A DNA stretch of 64,000 bases from assembly GCF_006345805.1 (NCBI RefSeq), contig NC_042997.1, forward strand, positions 3,782,001 through 3,846,000. Direction: 5' to 3'. The stretch's first letter is position 1, and each line of letters opens with the position of its first letter. The stretch is from Octopus sinensis (Eukaryota). Shown in pieces: positions 14,271 to 26,712 of the stretch. Both the position numbers and the translations under genes were made by a program. The notes below the pieces were generated by a model, which was given only the letters and a program-made list of their open reading frames with translations, was not told where the DNA came from and did not search any database.

Positions 14271-15411
14271 TATATCAGGCCGAGTAAAATGTAAGCAACA
14301 TTTTGAACCATGAAATTTATAACAATATGTTTCAACAATGCGGAAACTTTATTCATCGAAGTAAGTACCATTACAATGAACATGTTTTTGACAACGAGTT
14401 ACAAGTTTGTTTATTGCTTATAACATAAAATAAATGGAGTTCTGCACCTGATGAAATCTTTGAACGCACCTTCAGAAGAGGTTTGATTTTTAAACTCTTT
14501 CGCTCGCAAGAAACAATCAAGGTGCTTTAGAAAGTGGTAGTCGGTGGGAGAAAGATCTAGGGAATATTCTGTCTGGGGGAGAACTTCGTATTCAAGGTCC
14601 CTCAACTTATGGAGCGTCATTAGTGAAACATGTGGTTGAGCATTATCATGAGGAATGATTGGGCTTATTCTGTTGACCCGTCTGGGGAGTAGGTATAGCT
14701 GTTGTTTGTTCATTTTCGCAAACATATAGCATTATGTTTCTGCAGTAATGGTTTTTCTATGTTTTACGAAGTTATAGTCGCTGTTTCCAGCAGTACAAGG
14801 CCAAACCCACCAAAACCTTCTTTTTAAATAGTTCTGGTTTGGGGAAGGTTTTCTGTGCTTCATTGTAGTCTAATCACTACGAATAACGTATTATATTATT
14901 GTAACGAATCCACTTTTCATCGCAAGTTACAATACTTTCGAGAAATGGATCGTCTACTTACGGAGAAGAATTGATGAACAAATTTCATATTTGCGCTCTT
15001 TCTGATTTTCATTCGAATCATGTGGTACCCATTTGTCGAGCATGGGGTTCGGACAGTTTTGCAGACAGTTTTCTGGCTAACTTGAAGTTCTTTAACTAGT
15101 TCTCGAGTGGCTTTACCTGAAACTTTCTCAAAGAGGGTTTTTAATTGACCGTCATTGATGACAGATGGACGTCCACTGCTATCACGATCTTCAAGACTCA
15201 TGATTCCACAGCGAAATCGTTCAAACCCTTTTCGAGGTGACCACCCACTGGTCATTTCCTCCCAAAACATTTCGTTGATATCGCGAGCAGTTTCATCTAC
15301 TTTACATCTTATTTTGAAGTTGAATAGCACAATTGCTCGAATATCGCTCTTTGACAGTCCCATTTTTGATGATTCTAAGAGCGGTGAAAAAATATCAATG
15401 TCAAAATACTG

Positions 15412-15584
15412 CATTATTTACAATATTTACATTGGACGGATATGTATCCTCATCTTGTACGTTGTTACCGTAACGTTTCGGCTTTCGGCCTTCATCGGGT
15501 GTCCTCGTAGAATTTTGAACCGAACACTGGCTCTCATGCCTAAGGCATTTTTTGTTGATGTTATTATTATTATTATTATTATTA

Positions 15585-15633
<49 letters not shown>

Positions 15634-17437
15634 TATTCAAGTCACTGCCTAGAATTGAAGTCGCTTTCTTGGGGTTAGTAACAGAGCTTTTAACCATTAC
15701 GCTATATGCCTCTGTGCAATTATAGAGTGAATTTCATGGCTTATAAACCTAATAGTTCTTGTATCCTTCCTTAATACCGGGTCCCATATTCTACTCATAT
15801 CTATACTAGGTTTACTTATTTATAGCACTCACGAGATTATTTACCCTAGCTTATGTACTGCCTCTTCTAGTTTCCGTATTTTCCAGCGGTGTTCTCTATC
15901 TATTATTTTGACTTCATCCCACAGGGGAAGGTGGTCTCCGCTTTTCCATACATGATCAGCTATACCCGATTATTCATCATTTCCTTGTGTCACTGATTTA
16001 CTTATTTCGAGGGGATGGCATGTTTCGCCTTTGTATAACCTACTACAACTGCATGGGATGGAGCATACGTAGACAGTGGTCATATTCTCTTCTATTGGTG
16101 GTTTTACTCGAAAGAGATATTTACGAAGGGTTGTATTACTCTTGAAAACCGTCCTGATGTCATATGGACCGAATATCTATTGTATCTTTTCCGAGAGGCC
16201 TTTTACATAGGGTTGACCGATTATGGCTTCCAAACGCTGATGACACCTTTATACTCTGCTAGATCATGTGAACTCAATAAAACCCTCCATATAGTTCACA
16301 ACGGAAAAAGAAGAAGAATATCATCTAGGAATCATGGGTGTTTTAATAACACGCGCTAAAGATGGGTTCAAGACATCCGTATAGCGCAAGCCAACCATCA
16401 ATGGACGATACTACAACTTCAATTCCCGCCATTCATACATTGAAAGAGAGGGATTGTTCGGTGCTTAAAACACCGAGCAAAGAATATAAGTAGCGATCGT
16501 GAAGTAACAATCCGTTTAAGCCACAACTACCCTAAAACATACTACCCACTCCAAATAGGAAGAGGAAAGAGGAAGAGGAAGATATACATAAAATAAACAC
16601 AGTTTGAGTAAACTATGTGAAAGGCCTCTCGGAAAAGATACAAAAGATATGCGGTCCATATGATAACAGGGCGGTTTTCAAGAGTAATACACTTCGCAAA
16701 TATCTCCTTCGAGTTAAACCACTAATAGAAGAGAATATGACGAAGGTCTGCGTGTACTCCATCCCATGCAGCTGTGGTAGGTTAGACAATGGCAAAATAT
16801 GCCGCCCCTCAAAATAAGGGTAGAGAAACATCGGAGAAGCTGTAGCATGAGATGATGGAAAATGGGGTATAGCTGATCAAGTATGGAAAAGCGGATATGA
16901 ATTTAAAATAATAGACACAGAACGCAGATAATAATAGACAGAGAGCACATATGCTATGATTCCATAACCTACTAATTAGACCTAATATAGATATGAATAG
17001 AATATGGGACTCCACGAGGCACCGGCAGGGATGGTGGTGATCCCTGCTGTACTCTTTCACCACAACTTTCTCTCACTCTTATTTCCTGTTTCTGTTGTAC
17101 CCGTATTTCAAAGGGCCGGCCTTGTCACTCTCTGTGTCACGCTGAATATCCCCGAGAACTACGTTAAGGGTACACGTGTCTCTGGAGTGCTCAGCCACTT
17201 GCACGTTAATTTCACGAGCAGGCTGTTCCGTTGATCGGATCAACCGGAACCCTCGTCGTCGCAACCGACGGAGTGATTCCATCCAGAATATGGGAACCGG
17301 CATTAAGGAAGCATACAAAAACATTAGGTTTATAAGCCCTGAAATTCACTTTATAATTGCCACGGGCATACAGCATAATGTTTAAGAGTACGGGGTACTA
17401 AATCCAAGACTGCAAGTTCATTTTCAGTTACTGTTTT

Positions 17438-17474
<37 letters not shown>

Positions 17475-17645
17475 TAATAATAACAACAATAATAATAACA
17501 TCAGCAAAATAACACCTTAGGAATGAGAATCCAGGGTTGAATTCAAAATTCTACCAGGACCCCTGGAGAGCAAATCAGCCACAACTTTGGTGCAACAACA
17601 AAAAAGATGAGGACACATAACCGTCTAATGTAAATACCGTAGAAA
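15412..17645. mobile_element. Penelope-like element (Poseidon-type motifs) arranged as a ~2.2-kb imperfect palindrome
   Basis: The plus arm reads FTTEKEEE..GVLITRAKDGFKTSV*RKPTINGRYYNFNSRHS (RT thumb, 16295-16435), then YVKGLSEKIQKICGPYD.R.VFKS..CVYSIPCSCGR (GIY-YIG). The same GIY-YIG segment is inverted at 15840-16215. The outer segments 15412-15800 and 17285-17645 are reverse complements of each other. Confidence 0.85.
17010..17284 (+). mobile_element. Short retroposon (SINE-type 3' portion) with 11-bp TSD
   Basis: The insert is flanked by the direct repeat AGAATATGGGA (16999-17009 and 17285-17295). The opposite PLE arm near 15770-15810 shows the uninterrupted site with a single copy. Confidence 0.8.
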
Positions 17646-17809
17646 ACTCTTATAGAACGTGTATTTATTATGCAGTTAGGCAAGTTAATATATATCTTAT
17701 CAGATAATTGCAAAAATATGTTTTTAAAAAACTGCCAAAATCAAGTACAAACTCTTAATTGTGCAAAACGGTACTTAGTTTGTACTCAACCTGATATTTA
17801 TATATAATT

Positions 17810-18000
17810 TTTCTAACTTCAGTCATTAGTCTGCAGCTTTTCGGAGCCATCACAGTGAAAAGTCTTAGTCAAAGAATCGACCACAAGACTTATTTTTCAA
17901 AGACTATCACTCATCCTATCGGTTTATTTTGTCAAACCTAAACAGAAAATGGACATAAACATAACAATACCAGTTGTCAAATAGTGGTGTTGGGGAAACA
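17810..18000 (-). mobile_element. SINE family A 3' remnant
   Basis: ttcagtcatt..ctgc.gc..aatcgacc.caagacttatttt is a degenerate reverse complement of 1200-1325 and 53830-53930. Confidence 0.5.
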
Positions 18001-18217
18001 CAGACGGAAATACACATATACGTGGATGTATATAAACATGTGTGTGTGTGTGTGTCATCGACTTATTCTGTATTGTTGGTATTTTGTCCAGTACTTATCT
18101 AGTGTGTTTTCATATTTTTCCCTCGTTGGTAAAGTCCTGTACATAATGTGTAGTTTTTAAGTATTTTTAAATGAACGCCACTCAGCCTTGTTAACAGTAG
18201 GCTCTTACATTTATATG

Positions 18218-18937
18218 TAACTAGCTTAATGTGACCCGCTCTACGCGCCGGTAAGAGTGTGGTTGTTGCTGTCTGTAGCTTCCTTTCTGTTTTTTATCAC
18301 CACATTCTTCCTCTTTGCTTCTCTTTCCTTTCTCTCACACTTTCCCACTCTCTTACTCTTCCTTTCTATCGGACTCTCCCTCGCTTTCTCTTTCTCTCTA
18401 TCTATCTCTCTCCCATTTATATACAACAAAAGATCTCGAGTAAGTTCAGAGAAAAAAACATTTTGAAAGATCAATCATAAATATCAGGCAGTGACAACGG
18501 AAAGGTCTGCTTCAAGCCAGATAGCAAAACACTAACATTTAAAAGAGAGAGAGGAACTTGCGAGCTGAATAAAAAGTAAAAAATATTGGAAACCAAAGAC
18601 TGAAGGGATAGAATCTGAGGATAGTAGAGTCACCATGGCTGGCATTTCTTAATGACGGACAGCAACGTGGTGGCAGTTTAACGGCTGGGGTAAAGCTTTT
18701 AACTTGATGTAAAAGAAAATTCGTAAACGCCCGCTCCTGTAAATTTTAATCCCCGTCCAGCCACATTTAGACCCCTTTTCACATTTTGGTTAATATAACT
18801 TTACTTCATTCGGGTCTACTCGAGCCACATTTTATAAGATGAGGAATTTTGTCCAAGAGGTCACGACTTTCATTTGAGGAAAGCAAACTCGCCAGGTGTG
18901 CATATTTTCAGCTCAACCGACCACATAATGCACACAT

Positions 18938-18969
<32 letters not shown>

Positions 18970-19031
18970 ATATTTATATGTATTGTATTTATATATACGC
19001 ATTAAATATATATATGTACATATATACACAG

Positions 19032-19066
<35 letters not shown>

Positions 19067-19975
19067 ACGCATTATATATACAAATGCATACAAATTATAT
19101 ACATATATATAACATTATTAAATCTCAGAATGAGATGTAAACAGTAATCACTCGATATTGTAAAGTATAGAAGCCATCTTAATATGGCTAACCACAAAGA
19201 GGAGGGGGTGTTTATAGCCCCAGGCGATCATCGTCTCCATCTGGCTTTAGTTACCATTTCACTGCCCTTGAAGTAATTGCAAAGGGAGGCCATCCCTTTC
19301 TCGCAAGCCTGAGTGATACACACGGACTAGTTTCGAGATTATTGTCTTTTATCCACGGGCGGTAACCACCACGTCGCGATGAAAGACAAGGTTGCTTTGG
19401 AAATATATAAGTGTTTTCTAGTGACATATTTATATATAGAACACATACACATATATAAATTAACCCAATGATTATCACCACCACCACCACCACCACCACC
19501 ACCACCACACTATCATGAGAACAAATATTTGTTCTCATGATTGTGTGGTGGCGTGGTGGCGATAATAATTATCTCTATGAATGCAGACAGACGTAGAGAG
19601 AGAGGGGTGATTTGAGAGAAATTGTGAGAGAGCTGGTGAAGGCGGCGGGGGAAAGGTAGTTGATCTGTCACAAGTCGTTATAGAAAGAAAGTGAAGGAAA
19701 GAGAGGAAAGAGAGAGAGAGAGCGCTGGATGAAGACAGGCAGATAAGAGAATGAGAGTAACGAAAAAAGACTTGTCACAGTGTGGGGTTTTTGCCCAAGT
19801 AACCACAGCTTTTGAGATAGGGGTTTCTAACCTAGCCGACTCATATTCTCACCTCATTTTACATGTCCCTGTAAATTTCGGAGCGAATCCGACGGGATCC
19901 AGTAGCCTTTACCCCGTTCCAATGCCAAAACCAGACAAACAAACTTTTAGCATTTCAGATTTATAGATAGTTATA
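18218..19975 (+). mobile_element. Possible non-autonomous Helitron-like element with internal microsatellites
   Basis: It starts aactagc..gacccgctctacgcgccgg and ends ..gtaaatttcggagcgaatccg..cagacaaacaaac..tttatagatag. This terminal architecture recalls invertebrate non-autonomous Helitron/HINE families. There is no coding sequence, and continuity between the two ends is not proven. Confidence 0.4.
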
Positions 19976-20139
19976 GATATTGATCTCTGCGAGTCCACAC
20001 TCGGTTTTCTTTCTTTTTTCTATCCCTCTATGGATATATATATATATATATATATATATGATTTTGATTTTGATTTTTCCAGTTTCAGCTTATGAGCTGT
20101 GGCCATGCTGGAGCACCGCCATTTGGTGTTGCTACTTGG

Positions 20140-20514
20140 TTTCACTTCATGAAGGCTTTCTAGCAGCTGCTATTTGGTGCATGAGAGAGTTCGATGCAGC
20201 TGCCCTCATCTGCCCCTCCTGCCGTGAAATTGGTTCATATGGGACACCTGACAGGAAGAGATCCAGCTTCATTTTAAAGACATCTGTATCCACCCCATGC
20301 AGGTCTCTCAGGTTCTTCGGGAAGATATTGAAGAGCTGTGGGCCTCGGAGTCCCAGGCTATCACAGAATCTCCTCCTACATCTTGATGGCAAGTTTGGAG
20401 TCCTAGGCACCACGCAGTGGCGCCCAGTTCTGGCATTTGCGTAACTCTCGATGCCAAAGTTCAGGACACTTCCCTCCAGGATCTTCCAGATGTATATTAT
20501 GGCATATCTTTCCC

Positions 20515-20515
<1 letters not shown>
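20140..20515 (-). mobile_element. 3' fragment of a CR1-group LINE ORF2
   Basis: RERYAIIYIWKILEG..RTGRHC..GPQLFNIFPKNLRD..FKMKLDLFLSGVPYEP..AAASNSL is a typical CR1-group C-terminus. It is 5'-truncated at a (TA)n tract. Confidence 0.8.
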
Positions 20516-20556
<41 letters not shown>

Positions 20557-20559
<3 letters not shown>

Positions 20560-20741
20560 CGGGGTGGAGGTTCACGCCGCCATCTCTATAGTTATCCGAC
20601 CATCGGAAAAAATGCTATGAAAATGACCGTTAAACAACGGGAAGTTAGAGTAATTTCCCTTTGTTTAACGGTCATTTTCATAGCAGTTTCTCTGATGGCC
20701 GGATAAGTGAAGAGAGGGCGGCGTAGATTTCCACCCCGACA
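20557..20741. repeat. ~185-bp near-perfect hairpin (MITE-like)
   Basis: Ends are tgtcggggtgga...tccaccccgaca. The core is a perfect 25-bp stem, 20613-20637 with 20661-20685, and the loop is about 6 nt. Confidence 0.9.
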
Positions 20742-20909
20742 TCCGAAAGTCGGAGTTTTATCATGGCTACCGAATAAGTGTCACATATTACATTTACAGA
20801 TACATTTGTCTATTTACATAATATCGAGATATATTTCATTCTTTTGTTGTCTTTCTACCAATTTCTATCAATATACATACATACATGCGTACACACATAC
20901 ATACATACA

Positions 20910-20960
<51 letters not shown>

Positions 20961-21228
20961 TGTTCTGCCCTTACCTTCGAAACACGCATTGAGTTGAAAC
21001 AGGGGCAGCTGATGAAGGGGAATGTTCCTTGTGTTGTTTGTCTTGTACTCTGTATTTTCATTGTTAAAAAAGTCCGTTTCCTTCATTGGGGTTTTTGTTT
21101 TCGTTTCTCGTTGTGTTCTACGTTTATTTGTGGTGTTCTGTACTCATATATACATGTATATATACATATATATGTAGGCATGTACATATATGTATGTATG
21201 TATGCATTTCTTTTATTCATTAAATTGT

Positions 21229-21273
<45 letters not shown>

Positions 21274-23868
21274 CAACAATTGAGGGCAAAATTAATTAAT
21301 TATTAATCAATTTCATATATATATATATATATATATATACTACACTAGATATCAATTTGATAATTATTTGATCTACTGAAGAGAAACTCCTACCACCCTT
21401 TTCTTAGTTAATCGGTGCAGTACTAAAAATGTCAATTACAGATCAGTTTCTAATTTCAATTAATTCTTCAATCCCCAAAACGAAACTTAAATCATGTCGA
21501 AATTTATAATTTGTACACATATTTAAAATGCGTTTTCATATAGGTCATTGACCTCCTTCATTTGTTTTAGACCTGAGTGAAGCGTATATCATTTTCAGTA
21601 AATATTTCATGACGAAAACCAGGTAGTCGTTAATTAGCTTCCTAATATGTCACTGTTAATTTTCTGGATATTAGAATTATAAAATAGATATGCTTCGAAT
21701 ATGGTTTCTTTTCCTCCACTATACTATTAGTTTCACATTGTTGTGGCATTCTCATTCGAGAGACATTTCAAATATAGTGCTTCTATTCAGATTCAAAACT
21801 GAATTGAAATATTTCACGTCTTCTTATCGACATTCTTAAATTAAGTCTACATTAAATTTTAGAGCTGAACGAAATATTCATTTAATGTATTCGTGTTACA
21901 AGTCGTAGGCAAACGAATATAATCAATTTAACCCTGGAATCAATATTCCGTTTCTTACAAACTATATAGACGTTTAGCCTTTGTCTTAAATATGCCATTC
22001 GTATCCGTATACTGTTGAATCATGTTGTTTGGAAAATTTGCAAACTAAAAACTAACTTGAGGAAAATTATTCATAGATTTTTATGCTTACGTTGATATTT
22101 TTGGTACGTACTGGTAAATTTGAGCTAAATATCCCAATGCAATATTCACTTATACCAACGTAAGGTATGGCTGCATAAAGTGCCCTTTGTAACTATAAAT
22201 TTTAATGACCGGTTGTGAATATCTAGTGATCTGAAAGTGTAGGGTCTCTTTTTTTATTGTAGGGATCAGCGTAGATAACTTCTTTTTACGTGAATGAATC
22301 ATCTGCATTAGTTTTTCGCATTGCAGCCTAAAGCAATTCTATAAAAGAAAATCTGAACGAAAAACCTCTTCTAGATACTATTATGTGTGAATCTCGCTCT
22401 AATAAAATTCTATGCAAACTCTGTGAACCAAACAATTGCAGCAAATTTTCTATAACTGAAACTAAAATATCTAGCCTTGCATAAAGCAAAAATTAAAGAA
22501 TTTCACTCAATTTTCTCTGGCATTTGGTATATAATTCACGATAGGCTTGAAGTGAAGCAAAATCTCAATGAGATATTTTCAGATATGTTCAAATACGTGG
22601 TTTCTTTTTAAGTATAAGTGCCGCAAATTTAGCTTGTAGCTGAAAATATGCACCGATCTTTTCAAAACTTTAGATACGACATACATCTGAAGCTTGATGA
22701 TATCGATTCCCATCGTGATGTTAACTCACAAAATAACTGGTTAAAGTGAGGCAGCCAAATACTCAACTAGGGCAATAGTCCAAGAAGTCTGTGGAAAGTG
22801 TACCGTTAATATCAGGGAAACATTCATGGTCTCTATGTATAGCTATTTCAACCATCTTATATTTTAAAGCAGCTAAAATATTTTAGAAGGTAAATATTCC
22901 TTTTTCTCCTTATCTGCGGTGAATATTCAACTATAATAATTTTTTTGGAATGTCTTACCAAAGATATACAAAGAATTTACACATTTAATTTTCGGTAGGT
23001 ACAAAATTTGCATGGTGTTAAGAAAATATTAATAAAACAAAATTTAAATCAAAATAATTTTATAAGTGAAAAACTTTTGCTCATGTTTATAAAAGGAATA
23101 ATCATATATTTAATCATCAATCCAAAGCTCTAAAGTTCTGATGAAGTTTTCTCAAGTACACATTGTCATTTTGTTTTTGTAAATAATAACCCACACTATA
23201 AAAATAAATAAATGATAACAAAATATTAAATTTGAAATCGAATTTTCCACTGGGGAGAAAAGTGTCTAACATACATGCACATACATATATAAGCATAGCA
23301 GCAGCATTTTTTATGTATGCGTGAATGTGTCTACTTGAAACTATATTTTGCATTGAGAGAGACTCTTGAAAATATCATCGAATACCTTTGAAGGAATGAT
23401 GCTAGAGAAGTGAAATCTTGTCAGCATTTATTTCAACACGTGGCTGCTCCAAGAAGAATACAAAGGAAACTAGTAGCGAAGTTTCTTGCAAATAGGATAA
23501 CATTTTGCATCGTGATGTTATCAAGTACCTGCAGAATGAGCTTCTAGCCCCAAATGACATTCACCCTGAAAACTTTGTTAAATTAGGGGATGTAGCTCAA
23601 GTATTATCAGTATTGCATAAATAAGCAGCTGAATTAAGAAGTGGATGGGAGAGTTTTGAAAATAACCTAATTTCTGGACGTGCTACGCTTGTCTACAAAA
23701 TGATAAATGATATAAGATTGGCTATAAATCATATACTAAATACTACTAGCATAACCCGTGAGAGAGTTACAAAATAAGTATTATGTGTAACTAACTTCGC
23801 ATAACGAGTTTCGTTATGCGGTGTGTTCCTCGTCGTCTGACACCTGATCAAATACGCATGTATATATA

Positions 23869-23972
<104 letters not shown>

Positions 23973-24009
23973 GTATACACACATAAAGATAGGTATGTAT
24001 GTATATATA

Positions 24010-24210
24010 TGACCGCGTTTGTACCGTTGGCGATATTTTCCTTCATCTTCTCTTCCTTGGATCTTTCCTTTTCCTATGTTTCTGACGAAGAGCTCAGCTC
24101 GAAACGTTAAATCCTCCTTCTTTCTTTCCTTTCCTGGCCGTCCAATAACACTATACGTGTTCCACGTCCACGCGTTGTTGTTCTTTCTCTTTGTGTTTTC
24201 ATGTTTGGAT

Positions 24211-24215
<5 letters not shown>
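24010..24215 (+). mobile_element. ~205-bp Penelope-type terminal repeat carrying a minimal hammerhead-like motif
   Basis: It is the reverse complement of 50056-50260 and 63490-63692, contains GTTT-CTGACGA-A-GAGC-TCA-GCTC-GAAA-CGTT-AAAT, and abuts (TA)n. Confidence 0.7.
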
Positions 24216-24279
<64 letters not shown>

Positions 24280-24283
<4 letters not shown>

Positions 24284-24769
24284 TAGTAAATAAATGGCAC
24301 AACTAAGTATCGATATTTACTGGAAATAGCGAACGTAAAAATACGACGCTAATGTGTAGCTTCACCGCGTATGTATTAGCAAAAATGCGTGTGTGCAACA
24401 AATTAGAGAAAAAAAACCGTCTTACCTCCAGGGAGAACATCTGAAAGATGAAACACCCGGAAAAGGATAATGTGGTACCTGCAGGTTTCAAGTTTTACAA
24501 GATATGTCTCTCACCCATATTTTGTTTTACCTTCATCAGCCAAACATATACCAAGACGAAATCTACGATGTTACCACATTAATACTAACACACTCGACTG
24601 AAATGCGGAACGCTAACAGTACGAGAAACGGTGAAGAAGTTTCAAAATATCAGTAATGCAATACAAAGTATTGCCTTCCAGTAAAAAGTAGCCCATGAGG
24701 GAAAATACACAAATTAGTAAAGAAATGGCACAACTAAGTACCGATATTTACTGGAAATATCGGTACTTA
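24280..24769. repeat. ~490-bp unit bounded by 49-bp direct repeats with a terminal 15-bp hairpin, inside (TA)n
   Basis: aaattagtaaa(t/g)aaatggcacaactaagta(t/c)cgatatttactggaaata occurs at 24280-24328 and 24711-24759. A perfect stem pairs 24735-24749 with 24755-24769. Confidence 0.85.
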
Positions 24770-25899
24770 TATATATATATATGCGATTATATCAGGCGAA
24801 AATCTAACGTTGTTTGAAGGAACAAGGATAAATCTTGGCTTCATCATTCTGAACCACAGATAAAAAGACAATACATGCGGTACAAAAACTCCTCTTCACC
24901 TGCCCAAAAAGGCCAACGTCGTTTCTTCTACCAAGAAATTTTGGGGATTGTCAAATATATTGTGTTTACTGACTATCTTTTAAAGAGCTATGCTATCAAT
25001 GGAGAATACTATGCTAACTTGCAAACGCAGCTATGAAGGCTTTCAAAACCAAACTCCTAGGAAAACAGACAAGAAGTGTTCTGTTTCAAGACAACGATGC
25101 AGCGCAACAACATTCGGTTTAAATGGTTGCTGTATATGACTGTTGCTCTGAAGTGATTGATAACTCCCTTTATTCACCTGCTTTGATCGCACCTAACTAT
25201 CATCTATTCCCCAACACTTGGCTTGGAACCAAAACCGCAGTGGTGATGTCATGAATGCTGTTGATTGTACTTTTGTCAGAAGGGATGAAAGCTTCCTCGG
25301 TAATGGGATCCACGCACTGCAATAAAGATGCGAAAGTGGATATTACGTAGTAACTTAAAACTCAATTAGTCACATTCCATGCGAGCACCTTCATCAGCCT
25401 ATGAACATTTCTGGCGACACTCGTATATGATTTAACAACTAGGTTTACTTAATAAAATTAAAAATATGTTCGTAATTCATATGAGTAAGTGGCGTCTGAT
25501 ACATTAGAATTACTGTTGTTTATTATCAAATATTTTGAAACAGTGTACAGTTCATAAGGAAATATAATGATTTAGATAATAAGCGTAACGTAATACTGAC
25601 TTCGAAAGAAAACTAGTTAAATTTGTTTTTTACTAATTATTTTAAACAAATAATATGAGGGCAAGTTTATATTAGAAACATTACCTGGGACTTCGGATTT
25701 GATGTGAAACTTGACTCGGTTAACTTGACTTAATTCATCGAGGTATCGAAATGTCCAACGAATTAGTGAAATGTTGTTTTCCGTTCGATACAGCAAATGG
25801 CGGAATGAAGAGTGAAACTCGTTTAGTTCTATTTTGTTTTTACACAGGAATGCTCGAAATTAAGTGTATATTTGGTAACGGGTATCTATATTGCCAATG

Positions 25900-26340
25900 T
25901 TCTTATTATTATATTATTATTATTGTTTTCCTTCTCAGAAGGCTACTTTTTGTTTGCTCTGTTTGATTCTATGAGAGCGGACTGTACCCTGCTGTCAGAG
26001 GTGTCACGATGTCTCTTTCTTCATGTTATAAGATTGGTTACTTGGTTGAACATTTCATGTCCTAGCTCTCCCCAGCAGATGCGTTTCAGTGGCTTGTTCT
26101 GCTCACATGTCAATTCTGCTTTCTCTGACATCATTCTCTAACTTCGTTACTAGCGCTCCACGAGCCCATACAATTACTGGGATCACAAACACTCACCCCA
26201 TAGTCCACAGTCTTGCAATTTCGTATTTCGTGTTTCCGTAGTCTGTACTTTTCAACATTTTCTAGTTCTTTGTCATTTATGCGCGGATCCCCAGGTATCG
26301 CAATATATAATATCATGGTGTTCAGGGAGATCTTGGTCAG
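25900..26340 (-). mobile_element. Second R4/Dong-like RLE 3' fragment
   Basis: The minus strand reads ILYIAIPGDPRINDKELENVEKYRLRKHEI..VIPVIVWA.GAL, resembling IDIAIPGD..KE.EK.EKY..VIPVIVGALG. A (TAA)n tail lies at 25905-25925 on the minus strand. Confidence 0.7.
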
Positions 26341-26440
26341 TGGAATTCTTCGATGATCCCTAGACTTTATTCTGTATCCGGAGGATTATATCACTATTAC
26401 TCCTAATTTTCCACCCTGGTGACATAAATGAAATCATATT

Positions 26441-26461
26441 TTATTATTATTAATATTTATA

Positions 26462-26553
<92 letters not shown>

Positions 26554-26567
26554 TATAGTAGTAGTTA

Positions 26568-26604
<37 letters not shown>

Positions 26605-26634
26605 TATAGTAGTAGTAGTTGTAGTAGTATTAGC

Positions 26635-26682
<48 letters not shown>

Positions 26683-26712
26683 TGTTGTTGTTGTAGTAGT
26701 AATAGTAGTAAT
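26441..26712. repeat. Compound trinucleotide microsatellite (ATT)n(AGT)n
   Basis: Directly visible in the sequence. Confidence 0.98.

Larger units (their letters stand above)
14275..17794 (-). mobile_element. Mariner transposon (decayed transposase at 14411-15362) interrupted upstream of the ORF by a nested Penelope-like element
   Basis: The minus strand reads MGLSKSDIRAIVLFNF..ETARDINE..SLEDRDSSGRPS, IVTCDEKWI, HDNAQPH and YSLDLSPTDYHFL. The TIRs are TA|tcaggccgagtaaaa (14273) and ttgtactcaacctga|TA (ending 17796). Confidence 0.85.
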
